A DNA stretch of 63,803 nt, the filler included, from an uncultured Ignavibacteriales bacterium (GTDB lineage Bacteria; Zixibacteria; MSB-5A5; GN15; JAAZOE01), in assembly GCA_964611355.1 (NCBI GenBank). It is 4 parts of 4 records of this genome, joined end to end, with 100 filler letters (N's around TTAATTAATTAA, not from the genome) between each part and the next. Parts side by side here need not be neighbours in the genome. Positions count along the whole stretch, not along the records: positions 1 to 19,345 come from CAZSYD010000043.1; 3 more parts are not named here. The stretch is one strand, 5' to 3'. Position numbers and translations under genes: made by a program. This document shows, in pieces, positions 9,544 to 18,697 of the stretch. Positions within the stretch are counted from its first letter, which is position 1. Every line of letters starts with the position of its first letter. The notes under the pieces are model-generated. The model made no database searches, had not been told where the DNA came from, and saw only the letters and a program-made list of their open reading frames with translations.

Positions 9544-10535
9544 TTCAACCATCCTTCCCGCCGATACCAGTCGATAGCCATGCGAGCGCCTGCCCGGAAG
9601 TCAACCGCGGCTTCGAAGCCAAGCTGGTCTTTGGCTTTGGTAACATCCGGTTCCCAATCTCCGGTGAGTTCTTTTACCTTCTGGCGTGAAAACATCGGCG
9701 CCCGCCCGATTATTTTGCAGAAGGTTTCTGAGAAAAAAGCAAGAGTTAGCAGAATTCGCCGGGGAATAATAATGCCAACACTTTTTTTGCCGAGATGTTC
9801 GCTTATAATATCCATTAGTTCCCGAATAGTATATGATCGCGGTTCGGCGATATAATAAGTTTCACCGGCGCCTGTGTCTGTTTCCATGGTAAGTTTGATC
9901 GCCGCTGCCAGATCGTCGACATAAATCATCCGGACACGGTTGCGGGCGCCGCAGGGGTATGGTTTAAATCCTCGGTTGACAAGGCGAAAAAAAGTAAAGG
10001 TCTCTCTATCGCCGGGGCCATAAACCGCCGGCGGTCGAATAACCGTAATAGGAAACAGGTTTTTATATGAAACCGCCGCCTCTTCACCGGCCAGCTTGGA
10101 TCGGCCGTAGGGAGTCAGAGGTAACGGCGGGTCGGATTCTTTTCGAGGCTTGCCCGACGATATTCCGGCAGCCGCCGCGGATGAAATTAGAACGAACTTT
10201 TTCAAACCGAGATTATGATTTTTGACGGCGTTGAGCAGGTTGATCGTTCCCTGGTGATTGATGCGCATGAAATCGGCTTCGCTGTCGGCCTTGACGAGAC
10301 CGGCCAGATGGATGACAAAGTCAACTCCCTCGACCGCCTTTATGAGCGATTCGGGGTTGGTGATGTCGGCTGTTATCCTGGAATGAGGAATATCTTTCAG
10401 AAGCGACAGGTCGGAGGTCTCGCGACAGATGATGCGAACGGCGTATCCGGAAGCGGTTAGAAGACGGCAAAAGCGGCTTCCGATAAAGCCGTTTGCGCCG
10501 GTTACCAGCACGGTTTTGATATCTTCCGCCTGCAT
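9540..10535 (-). CDS. NAD-dependent epimerase/dehydratase (extended SDR)
   Basis: TGANGFIG, HLAG, YGRSK and RPPAVYGP. Confidence 0.93.
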   Translation of the reverse strand: MQAEDIKTVLVTGANGFIGSRFCRLLTASGYAVRIICRETSDLSLLKDIPHSRITADITNPESLIKAVEGVDFVIHLAGLVKADSEADFMRINHQGTINLLNAVKNHNLGLKKFVLISSAAAAGISSGKPRKESDPPLPLTPYGRSKLAGEEAAVSYKNLFPITVIRPPAVYGPGDRETFTFFRLVNRGFKPYPCGARNRVRMIYVDDLAAAIKLTMETDTGAGETYYIAEPRSYTIRELMDIISEHLGKKSVGIIIPRRILLTLAFFSETFCKIIGRAPMFSRQKVKELTGDWEPDVTKAKDQLGFEAAVDFRAGARMAIDWYRREGWLK

Positions 10536-10664
10536 TGCGCCAAACTACGCAGCTACTTCGTTTTTTTCAAGTCAAATTCATTTTATCTTTATCAGGTTTA
10601 TCGATTGAGTTTGATTTTGTCATTCCAATGCCTCATCTTTATGGGGCATGCGTAAATTTGCACC

Positions 10665-10690
10665 GAAACCTTTTTTATTTATAATTCGTA
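10665..10690 (+). promoter_or_regulatory. Putative ECF-sigma promoter (GAAAC-N17-CGTA)
   Basis: GAAAC at 10665-10669 and CGTA at 10687-10690, upstream of the AAGGAG RBS of the 10718 gene. Confidence 0.5.
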
Positions 10691-10717
10691 GAGAAAAGGA
10701 CAAGGAGACAAAGGCAG

Positions 10718-11074
10718 GTGGAAAAACATCTTCAAATCGCGGCAGTACTAAATATTATTAACGGCTTCATAGCTTTATTTGGCGGCGGTATTGCCTTTAT
10801 GATATTGCCGTTCGGCGGGCTCGTTTCCGGCGAGACAACCGCAATTCTGGCGACCGGGCTTGCTGCCGTCATTGTCATTTCGATTTGTCTGGTGTTTGGA
10901 CTGCCAAGCGTTATCGGCGGATTCGGCCTGTGGCACAGAAAGCGTTGGGCGAGGATAGTGTTGATTATAATGGCGATTCTGAATCTGCCCGGGATCCCGA
11001 TCGGCACGGCGCTGGGAATCTATACTCTATGGGTTCTGTTCAATTCCGAAACGGAAAAACTGTTGACTGCTTAA
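10718..11074 (+). CDS. Hypothetical membrane protein
   Basis: Three to four TM segments with GL...K.WAR and PIGTALGIYTLWVL; AAGGAG RBS and GTG start. Confidence 0.8.
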   Translation: MEKHLQIAAVLNIINGFIALFGGGIAFMILPFGGLVSGETTAILATGLAAVIVISICLVFGLPSVIGGFGLWHRKRWARIVLIIMAILNLPGIPIGTALGIYTLWVLFNSETEKLLTA

Positions 11075-11111
11075 GTCAGAAATCTCCCCCGGCCATGCAC
11101 AGGCAATATTA

Positions 11112-11750
11112 TTAATCGCCGCCAAGTTTTACCAGTGTCAACGCAGTTAACGAGGCGGGCGACTGTTCGTTTATCAAATGAGCCGCCTCGGTCAAGCTGC
11201 GGCCGGTATCATAAATATCATCAAAAAGTAGAATATGCTTACCTTTTACTGCCCGTGGATGTTTAAGAAAGTAGCGAAGACGCTTGTCCGCCAGTTTCTC
11301 TTTGAAGTCGCGGTCCTTTTGGGGTTTTTCGAGACGAAGCCTTGCCAAAATATCGTGACGAGCAATCCAGCCGAAGTGAGATGCAACCTGATCCGCCAGA
11401 TACCCGACCGGACTGAAGGGACGATTAGTGATTGAATCGGGGACGGTTATCAAGACATAAGGTGGGTTGGGAAAAGGATTAATCTTTAGATAATTGATCA
11501 GAAAGGCTGCCAGTCTTTCAGCCGCCCTGACCGAATGACGGTATTTCATCAGATAGATTAACTTACCCAGATCGGTTTTTTGACGGGGGGTATCTTCCGA
11601 GTAACTTCCCAGCGCCAGCCCACAACTGAACGGTCCCGGCAAAGGGGTAACGCACAGCTCCGGGTTCAGGCTGTCAACCCGTATTTCCTGCTTTGTCCCC
11701 GGCAGGAAAAAGGAGCCAAAATATTCTTTCAGGAAGCTTTTCAAATCCAT
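11112..11750 (-). CDS. ComF-like phosphoribosyltransferase-fold protein
   Basis: PRPP-binding motif ILLFDDIYDTGRSL, plus LIY.MKY and a PQK motif; no N-terminal zinc ribbon. Confidence 0.8.
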   Translation of the reverse strand: MDLKSFLKEYFGSFFLPGTKQEIRVDSLNPELCVTPLPGPFSCGLALGSYSEDTPRQKTDLGKLIYLMKYRHSVRAAERLAAFLINYLKINPFPNPPYVLITVPDSITNRPFSPVGYLADQVASHFGWIARHDILARLRLEKPQKDRDFKEKLADKRLRYFLKHPRAVKGKHILLFDDIYDTGRSLTEAAHLINEQSPASLTALTLVKLGGD

Positions 11751-11873
11751 CTTCGCTCAAAATAACGGAAAAAATCGCTTGTCGGAAAAAAAGCATTGCC
11801 TGACAGAATATGGCGATAACCTTCAGCTTTTTTGTTGGCGGATATTAACTCGTTCGACTATATTGGGATGATT

Positions 11874-12818
11874 ATGAATCGGAATAGTTTTACCGCGCTT
11901 GTTGCTATTTTCTTTTTTGCTTCCCCGATATTTGCGGCTAAATATGCCGGTGAGCCGTTTTCGCTCGGCGTCGGCGCCGGGCCGCTTGGCATGGGTGGGG
12001 CCGTAGTGGCCGGGCCGTTTAACGCCACGTCCGGTTATTGGAACCCGGCTGGGCTGGCATATCTTCACGGTCGGCAGATTCAAACCATGCACGCCGAAAC
12101 TTTCGGATCGCTCCTCAATCACGATTACATCGGTTACGGCTCCAATAACGGCAAACGGCAGGGACTGAACAGCTACGGCCTGTATTTGTATTATCTCGGC
12201 GGAGGAGGGGTCAAAATCACCGGCTTCGACACGGAAACGCAGTGGCCATACGTTATCCGCGAAGAAAGTCATTTCGACCTGATGCTGGGAGCTTCCCTGG
12301 CCGGTAAATATAGAGAGAATATTGCCTATGGCGTGACGGCCAGGATTCTTTATCGTGACATAGCGACCGAAACCGCCTACGGCCTCGGGCTTGACGCCGG
12401 TTTTATTTACCGTGTGGATACGCTTATCACCGCGGCCATTGTAGTGACAGATTTGACTTCGACTTTTCTGGCATATTCCAATGATAACACGGAATCGATT
12501 TATCCCGCAATCAAACCGGGGCTGTCGTATCGTTTTGCGCGCCGTGATTTCTCTGTCCTTCTGGCGGGTCAATCAATAATTCGATTCGAAGGCCGCAGGG
12601 AGGCCGCCGAACTCTGGCAGGGCGAGATCTCGGCCGATTTCCAGGCCGGTATTGAAATCGAATACAAAAAGGTCGCCTTTGGCAGGTTGGGATATGACCA
12701 GAACCGTTTTACCGCCGGACTGGGCGCCGCCGTCGGTCGTTACCTGATTGATCTTGCTTACCTGCATCACAGCGATCTCGATGAAACCTTCCGAGTATCA
12801 GCGGGAATCAATTTCTAA
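11874..12818 (+). CDS. PorV/PorQ-family outer-membrane beta-barrel protein
   Basis: Signal peptide, then AKYAGEPFSLGVGAGPLGMGGA and YWNPAGLA; amphipathic strands and C-terminal Phe. Confidence 0.8.
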   Translation: MNRNSFTALVAIFFFASPIFAAKYAGEPFSLGVGAGPLGMGGAVVAGPFNATSGYWNPAGLAYLHGRQIQTMHAETFGSLLNHDYIGYGSNNGKRQGLNSYGLYLYYLGGGGVKITGFDTETQWPYVIREESHFDLMLGASLAGKYRENIAYGVTARILYRDIATETAYGLGLDAGFIYRVDTLITAAIVVTDLTSTFLAYSNDNTESIYPAIKPGLSYRFARRDFSVLLAGQSIIRFEGRREAAELWQGEISADFQAGIEIEYKKVAFGRLGYDQNRFTAGLGAAVGRYLIDLAYLHHSDLDETFRVSAGINF

Positions 12819-12928
12819 AATCCAAACATCCCTTCTCAATGACTTTTCCCTTGCCCCATTATGTCTGATGGCCTTAATTTGGCCTTTCAAGTAATCATCT
12901 CGTTTCTCAGCCGACTTCAGGAGGAGGC

Positions 12929-14317
12929 GTGAATTTTTTATCCGACATTCTCAATAATATCAACAGTTATGTTTGGGGATTCCCGGAAATATTTCCGTTT
13001 ATCGTAATTCTTCTTCTGGGAACCGGGGTTTTTATCTCGTTCAGAATGGGTTGGGTCCAGCTTCGCAGGGTCAAACATGCCATCGACATCACCCGTGGAA
13101 AATACGACGATCCCAGCCATGAAGGCGATATTTCCCATTTCAAGGCTCTCTCGGCGGCGCTGTCGGCCACCATCGGCATTGGCAATATAGCAGGTGTGGC
13201 GACGGCTATTCATTACGGCGGGCCAGGGGCGCTGTTCTGGATGTGGCTGACCGGTATCCTGGGGACATCTCTTAAATACGCCGAATGCACGTTGTCGATG
13301 AAATTCCGCAAAATCAATCCGGACGGTTCCGCCTCGGGCGGCCCGATGTATTACATCGAAAAAGGGCTTGGCTGGAAATGGCTGGCTGTGCTCTTTGCCG
13401 TCGCAGCATCAATTTGCGCCCTGGGGACGGGAAACTCGGTGCAGGCCTTTACCGTCGCCGACCAACTGCGAAGTGATTTCTCGATTCCGGTCTGGCTGAC
13501 CGGCGGAATCATCGCTTTTCTGGTCGGTTCGGTTATTATCGGGGGAATAAAGAGAATCGGCCGGGTAACGGCAATTTTGTCCCCCCTTATGACTGTTATT
13601 TATGTCGCCGGAAGTCTGACCATTCTGATTCTTAACACTGACAAGGTTCCCGGAGCTTTCGAAATAATAGTAAATTCCGCCTTCACTCCGCCCGGCGCCA
13701 TCGGCGGTTTTGCAGGGTCAACCTTCATGTACACGCTCATATGGGGCATCAAACGGGGACTCTTTTCCAACGAAGCGGGGCTGGGTTCGGCCCCGATCGC
13801 CCACGCCGCCGCCAGGACGGATGAACCGGTGCGCGAGGGAACGGTGGCCATGATGGGGCCGTATATCGACACGCTGACTATCTGCACCCTGACCGGCCTG
13901 AGTATCGTCGTTACCGACGCCTGGAATGTTATTGTCGACGGCGCGCAGTTGAATGGTTCCCCGATGACGACCTATGCTTTTTCTAAGGGAATAGCCTTTC
14001 TGGGTGGATACGGAGGGTATATCGTCACATTGGCGGTGCTTCTGTTTGCCACGTCAACTATGATTACGTGGTCATACTATGGCGATCGCTCGATGCAATA
14101 TCTTTTCGGCAACAGCGTGGTCAGGCCATATCGGTACCTGTTTTGTATCATGATTTTCGTTGGAGCGGTTACCAAGTTGGAAGTGATCTGGACGTTCGGC
14201 GATATCGCCCTGGGGATAATGACCATCCCCAACCTGATCGCCCTGATTGCTCTTTCGGGGGTAACCGCGCGGATGACGCGGAAATATTATTCCCGCAAAC
14301 ATGTCCCGCTCAGGTAA
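12929..14317 (+). CDS. Sodium:alanine/glycine symporter (AGCS family)
   Basis: ATIGIGNIAGVA, GGPGALFWMW, GGPMYYI, RGLFSNEAGLGSAP and IDTL.ICT; GGAGG RBS. Confidence 0.96.
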   Translation: MNFLSDILNNINSYVWGFPEIFPFIVILLLGTGVFISFRMGWVQLRRVKHAIDITRGKYDDPSHEGDISHFKALSAALSATIGIGNIAGVATAIHYGGPGALFWMWLTGILGTSLKYAECTLSMKFRKINPDGSASGGPMYYIEKGLGWKWLAVLFAVAASICALGTGNSVQAFTVADQLRSDFSIPVWLTGGIIAFLVGSVIIGGIKRIGRVTAILSPLMTVIYVAGSLTILILNTDKVPGAFEIIVNSAFTPPGAIGGFAGSTFMYTLIWGIKRGLFSNEAGLGSAPIAHAAARTDEPVREGTVAMMGPYIDTLTICTLTGLSIVVTDAWNVIVDGAQLNGSPMTTYAFSKGIAFLGGYGGYIVTLAVLLFATSTMITWSYYGDRSMQYLFGNSVVRPYRYLFCIMIFVGAVTKLEVIWTFGDIALGIMTIPNLIALIALSGVTARMTRKYYSRKHVPLR

Positions 14318-14326
14318 TCGATACGT

Positions 14327-14373
14327 AAAAAAATCCCGGATGGCCGACTTTTCCCTGTCAGCCATCCGGGTTT
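14327..14373 (-). terminator. Intrinsic (probably bidirectional) terminator between the AGCS and SWIB genes
   Basis: CCCGGATGGC/GCCATCCGGG stem (14335-14370) flanked by an A-tract and TTT. Confidence 0.75.
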
Positions 14374-14398
14374 CTAACCCAGTTGTCAGACCAAGACT

Positions 14399-14944
14399 CT
14401 ATTTTTTGAGATGCTTACTTACCAGTTTGGTCATTTCAAACATGTTGACCTTGGGTTTGCCGAAAACTCTCTTCAGTTTATCGTCGGCGTTGATCATTCG
14501 CCGGTTGATATTATCCTGAAGTCCGTTCCTCTTGATGTAAGCCCATAATTTCTTGGTAACTTCGGTCCGCGGCAGAGCCTTATCGCCGACAACGGCCGCC
14601 AGAGCATCGGAAGGAATCCACGGACGCATAAAGGCGGGATTGGGTTTCCGTTTGGCCTTGACAGTTTTCTTTTTGGGCGCGGCTTTTTTGGCCGGTTTTT
14701 TCCTGGCGGCGGGTTTCTTTTTGGCCATGGTTTTTTTCCTGGTTGTTGCTTTCTTTTTCGCGGCGGGTTTCCTTCCGGCGGCAGTTTTCTTTCTGGTTGT
14801 AGCTTTCTTTCTTGTGGCAGTTTTCTTCCTGGGCGTGGTTTTCCTTGCCACCTTCCTGATAGTCTTTTTGCCCGCCTTCTTTCTGGGGGCAGCCTTCTTT
14901 TTAGCGGCGGTTTTCCTGGTCGCCGGCTTCTTTACGGTTGCCAT
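14399..14944 (-). CDS. SWIB/MDM2 domain protein with a long histone-H1-like Lys/Arg/Ala/Thr-rich N-terminal tail
   Basis: C-terminal PS.ALAAVVG...PRTEVTKKLWAYIK.NGLQD..NRRMINAD.KL..MFEMTKLVSKHL is SWIB; preceded by about 98 aa of basic low-complexity sequence. Confidence 0.92.
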   Translation of the reverse strand: MATVKKPATRKTAAKKKAAPRKKAGKKTIRKVARKTTPRKKTATRKKATTRKKTAAGRKPAAKKKATTRKKTMAKKKPAARKKPAKKAAPKKKTVKAKRKPNPAFMRPWIPSDALAAVVGDKALPRTEVTKKLWAYIKRNGLQDNINRRMINADDKLKRVFGKPKVNMFEMTKLVSKHLKK

Positions 14945-15161
14945 ATTGTAACTCCTTTTAGTAAGTTAATATAGTTACTACAATATTGCCTGTCGGCTTT
15001 CCCTGCTGATGCATTGTCTCTAAAATATCCTGCTTAATGGATAATTATTAATTTTTTAAATTTTTCGCAATAAAAAAATGACTTCTAACATAAAATTTCA
15101 TAGAGAAAATCGGCCTTTCTATCGTGGGAGCAGAATCTTTTGGATAGCTCAATAAGGGCAT

Positions 15162-15193
15162 AAAAAACCCGGAAGCGGCAGTCCCGCCTCCGG
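15162..15193 (-). terminator. Intrinsic terminator of pruA
   Basis: Minus strand: CCGGAGGCGG-GACUG-CCGCUUCCGG followed by GUUUUUU. Confidence 0.8.
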
Positions 15194-15225
15194 ATTTAAG
15201 AAATATAACTCTCACCACGGGCGAT

Positions 15226-16851
15226 TTATGCTTTGTCCATGAACGGATAGCGATAATCGGACGGCGGCGCCAGGGTTTCTTTGATCGTCCTTGGCGAAGT
15301 CCAGCGGATCATATTCAGAAGGGACCCGGCTTTGTCGTTGGTGCCGGAGGCACGGGAACCGCCGAAAGGCTGTTGTCCCACAACGGCGCCGGTCGGTTTG
15401 TCATTGATATAGAAATTGCCGGCGGCATTGCGCAGGATTTTGTCGGCCAGGGCGATCGCTTCCCGGTCGCGGGCGAAAATCGAACCGGTCAACGCATAAG
15501 GCGAAGTGGCATCGCACAGACGCAGGGTCTCTTCGAAATCTTTATCCTTATAGACATAGATGGTCAAAACCGGCCCGAAGATTTCCTCCTCAATCAGTCG
15601 GCAATGCGGATCGGCAGTCAACACTACGGTCGGCTCGATAAATAACCCTTTCGAGTTATCGTATCCGCCTCCGATGATAATTTCGCAATCGTCGGCCTTT
15701 TTGGCATAGTCGATATAAGAAGTGATATCTTTGAAGGCGTTGCGGTCGATGACGGCATTGACGAAGTTGGTGAAATCATCGGGACTGCCCATTTTCAGTT
15801 CGCCGATCTGTTTGAGAAGCAGTTTCCTGATGTCGTCCCAGAGTGAAGCCGGGATATAAGCGCGTGAGGCCGCCGAACATTTCTGTCCCTGATATTCGTA
15901 TGCTCCGCGAATCAGCGCCGTAACCGTCTCTTTCGGCGAAGCGGAGCCGTGGACAAAAATAAAGTCCTTGCCGCCGGTTTCGCCGACGATCCGGGGATAG
16001 CTTTTGTACGAAGCGATATTCTCGCCGACCGTTTTCCACATGCTCTGGAAAGTCGCCGTGGAGCCGGTGAAATGAATTCCGGCAAGGTTCGGGTTCTTTA
16101 TAATCAGCTCGCCTACGTCTGCGCCGCGCGCGGTGACCATGTTGATCGCGCCGTCTGGAAGACCAGCCTCTTTGAGAATCTTCATTATGAAGTGGGCCGT
16201 GTAAATCGCACTGGACGCCGGCTTCCAGATAACTACGTTGCCCATTATTGCCGGCGCTGTGGGCAGATTACCGGCGATGGAAACGAAATTAAACGGCGTT
16301 ACGGCCAAGACAAAACCCTCCAACGGCCGGTAGTCAACATAGTTCCAGACTGTCGGAGACGAATCGGGCTGCATGTCGCAGATTTGTTGCATGTAGTAAG
16401 TATTAAAACGGAAAAAGTCGGCCAGTTCGCAGACAGCGTCGATTTCAGCCTGGAAAATGTTCTTGCTGTGAGCCAGCATGGTAGCGGCGTTGACTATTTC
16501 CCGGTAAGGTCCGGCCAGAAGATCGGCCGCTTTCAAAAAGATGGCCGCCCGTTGCTGCCAGGGGAGATTGACCCACTTATCTTTAGCCGCCAGGGCCGCT
16601 TTGACGGCCATCTCGACCTCTTTGGCGCTGCCCTTGTAATAATAGCCCAAATCAAGGGAATAGTCATGCGGCGCGCTCATTTTGACGGTCTCGCCGGTTT
16701 TGACTTCTTTCCCCCCGATAATCATCGGGACTTCCAGCTTGTTTGATTTCAGATCGGCCATGGTTTTCTTGAGCGCATCCCTTTCGGGCGTTCCGGGAGC
16801 GTACGATTTGACCGGTTCGTTTTTAGGGTACGGAACTCTATAATTCCCCAT
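15226..16851 (-). CDS. pruA: L-glutamate gamma-semialdehyde (P5C) dehydrogenase
   Basis: NEPVKSYAPG, QAEIDA.CE, FTGS, ETGGK, YQGQKCSA, EEIFGP and NDKPTGAVVGQQPFGG; ATG at 16851 after GGAGG. Confidence 0.95.
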   Translation of the reverse strand: MGNYRVPYPKNEPVKSYAPGTPERDALKKTMADLKSNKLEVPMIIGGKEVKTGETVKMSAPHDYSLDLGYYYKGSAKEVEMAVKAALAAKDKWVNLPWQQRAAIFLKAADLLAGPYREIVNAATMLAHSKNIFQAEIDAVCELADFFRFNTYYMQQICDMQPDSSPTVWNYVDYRPLEGFVLAVTPFNFVSIAGNLPTAPAIMGNVVIWKPASSAIYTAHFIMKILKEAGLPDGAINMVTARGADVGELIIKNPNLAGIHFTGSTATFQSMWKTVGENIASYKSYPRIVGETGGKDFIFVHGSASPKETVTALIRGAYEYQGQKCSAASRAYIPASLWDDIRKLLLKQIGELKMGSPDDFTNFVNAVIDRNAFKDITSYIDYAKKADDCEIIIGGGYDNSKGLFIEPTVVLTADPHCRLIEEEIFGPVLTIYVYKDKDFEETLRLCDATSPYALTGSIFARDREAIALADKILRNAAGNFYINDKPTGAVVGQQPFGGSRASGTNDKAGSLLNMIRWTSPRTIKETLAPPSDYRYPFMDKA

Positions 16852-16977
16852 TTTATCCTCCATATATTTTAGTCACAATGTTTCCGATTGTTATGGCAGT
16901 ATAAATAGTTTTGGAAATAAGATCAAGTGGTCAGGAAAAGCGGATTGCCGCAGTTTCTGAGCCGGACTTGTTTCTAA

Positions 16978-17086
16978 GCGGCAGATATGGAGAGACTGCC
17001 TCGCGGGGAACGTAAGACAGCACCAATACGATCAGGTGGTATTGTCATCCCGGCAGAAGGCGCGGCTATCTCTCCATGTCTACTGT
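16978..17086. repeat. 109-nt imperfect inverted repeat (REPIN-like doublet or structured RNA)
   Basis: Arms GCGGCAGATATGGAGAGA / TCTCTCCATGTCTACTGT; inner stem GACAGCACCA / TGGTATTGTC. Confidence 0.6.
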
Positions 17087-17107
17087 ACGCAAGCTATATC
17101 GTCTCGT

Positions 17108-17689
17108 CTACGAATGAACGTTGCGCATACAATCGATAAGGAAATCGCCGGTGAGTTCGATCCGTTCGTCGGCAATCTTTATCAATTCCGCCGATGGCGG
17201 CGGTTTCTGGCCGTGGGCCAGATGAACGATTACGGCATGTTCTTTGACGATACGCACCGCCGGCACATAATCGCCGTCGGGAGCCAGAAGAATAATATGC
17301 CGAACAAACCTTAGGGTTGCCAGTTCGACCATGTGCGATGCCAGCATGACATCGACCCCTTTTTGCTGAAAGGTAACCGATCCGTCCTCGTTGAGTATCC
17401 GCTGGGTTCGTCCCAGGTGAACGTCAAAGCGAGGCAGATGCTGCAACCGTGTGAAAAAGCCCTTCTTTTTCTCCCACATCTCCTCTTCCTGGTCGGTCGG
17501 GGTTCTGCCGATCCAGGGAAGGGCATGGTAGTAATAGGCGCGCAAAAGATAAAGGTCAGTCTCCGAATTGGTAATAACGGTGTTGACCAGTTTGTTGACC
17601 AGTTTGGCGTAATCAATGGCGGGGGAATTATGTTCCTCCGACAGCATTCGCTCAAGGTAAGCCCCGTCAATGTGAACTGATACTCGCAT
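17108..17689 (-). CDS. NYN (LabA/DUF88) domain PIN-like ribonuclease
   Basis: HIDGAYL, RAYYY, QKGVDV.LA, DGDYVP and S.EL...AD motifs; AAGGAG RBS before the ATG at 17689. Confidence 0.9.
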   Translation of the reverse strand: MRVSVHIDGAYLERMLSEEHNSPAIDYAKLVNKLVNTVITNSETDLYLLRAYYYHALPWIGRTPTDQEEEMWEKKKGFFTRLQHLPRFDVHLGRTQRILNEDGSVTFQQKGVDVMLASHMVELATLRFVRHIILLAPDGDYVPAVRIVKEHAVIVHLAHGQKPPPSAELIKIADERIELTGDFLIDCMRNVHS

Positions 17690-17766
17690 GAAATGATTCT
17701 CCTTATGATAAAATGTCATCATCCTCCGCGCCTGACGAGAGTGTCGTCAAGCCGTCTGTATATCTT

Positions 17767-18696
17767 CTACATTGAACAAAGTTGAAGCCTGAAATCTGTT
17801 TTTCTGTTCAACGATACCTGTCTTTCTCGCACCGTTTTTTCATTCAGTTCGAAATCCGGGCCGACCTGTTCAATCATAATCGAACTGACACACGAGGCGA
17901 AAGTCCCGCAGTCACGCAGCGATTCGCCGTTAAGATACGCATGAGTAAATCCGGCCATGTAGGTGTCGCCCGCGCCGGTGGAATCGACCAGGTCAATTTC
18001 ATACGGCGGTATCTCGATAAAATTGCGACCGTCATAGATAATCGAGCCAAGTTCGGCCAAAGTTACAATAACAAGTTTCGGCCCCCAGCTTTTAATAATC
18101 CGGGCCGCCTTAAACGGATCGCGGCGGCAGTCGATCCCCGTCAGGACTTTCGCCTCCAGTTCATTCGGTTTGACGATATCGAACAGGGCCAGGATTTCTT
18201 CAATACCATCCGGTTTTTCGTGGTAGATACGCCCGTTTTCATTTGCGCCTCGCAGAAAACCCTGCGGATCGCAGAAGAAAAGCCCGGGAAATCGCCTGCG
18301 GATATCTTTAATCAGGTCAAACGAGATTTCTTTCAGGATCGGTCCGACTAAAACCGCTTCGGCGTTTTCCAAAAGATTATTGTTTATTCCTATAATCGGA
18401 TCGGCCCGTCCGAGAAGATCCAGATGGCGGTTGCCGAAATCGTCATAATAAATCAGCGAAAACCCGCCGGTTTCGCCGGACGGCACAGTTACGGCGTCGA
18501 TCCCGTGTCGTTTCATATCATCCGAAAAAGAAGACTTGAAATCATCACCGATCGCTCCCATCAGGGTTACCCGGCGATTCAGCCTGGCCAGCGTCAGGGC
18601 GGCGTTGGTGGAACAGCCCGACAAAACGCGGCCGGGAGTTTTAACCTTTTTCGTTTCGATGTAATCGTAAACGGGATTTCCCAGGGTGAGAATCAT
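17767..18696 (-). CDS. PfkB/ribokinase family sugar kinase
   Basis: DPQG.LR, KPNELEA, VTLAELGS and DSTGAGD anion-hole motif. Confidence 0.92.
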   Translation of the reverse strand: MILTLGNPVYDYIETKKVKTPGRVLSGCSTNAALTLARLNRRVTLMGAIGDDFKSSFSDDMKRHGIDAVTVPSGETGGFSLIYYDDFGNRHLDLLGRADPIIGINNNLLENAEAVLVGPILKEISFDLIKDIRRRFPGLFFCDPQGFLRGANENGRIYHEKPDGIEEILALFDIVKPNELEAKVLTGIDCRRDPFKAARIIKSWGPKLVIVTLAELGSIIYDGRNFIEIPPYEIDLVDSTGAGDTYMAGFTHAYLNGESLRDCGTFASCVSSIMIEQVGPDFELNEKTVRERQVSLNRKTDFRLQLCSM

Positions 18697-18697
18697 G

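Noticed and set aside
12819..12928. Glycine riboswitch upstream of the AGCS symporter
   Set aside because: No GGAGA...GAAG...CUCUCAGG aptamer pattern, and the spacer is short.
14553..14951. Very hydrophobic plus-strand ORF that looks like a membrane protein
   Set aside because: It is the antisense shadow of the Lys-rich SWIB tail (AAA/AAG codons read as Phe/Leu).
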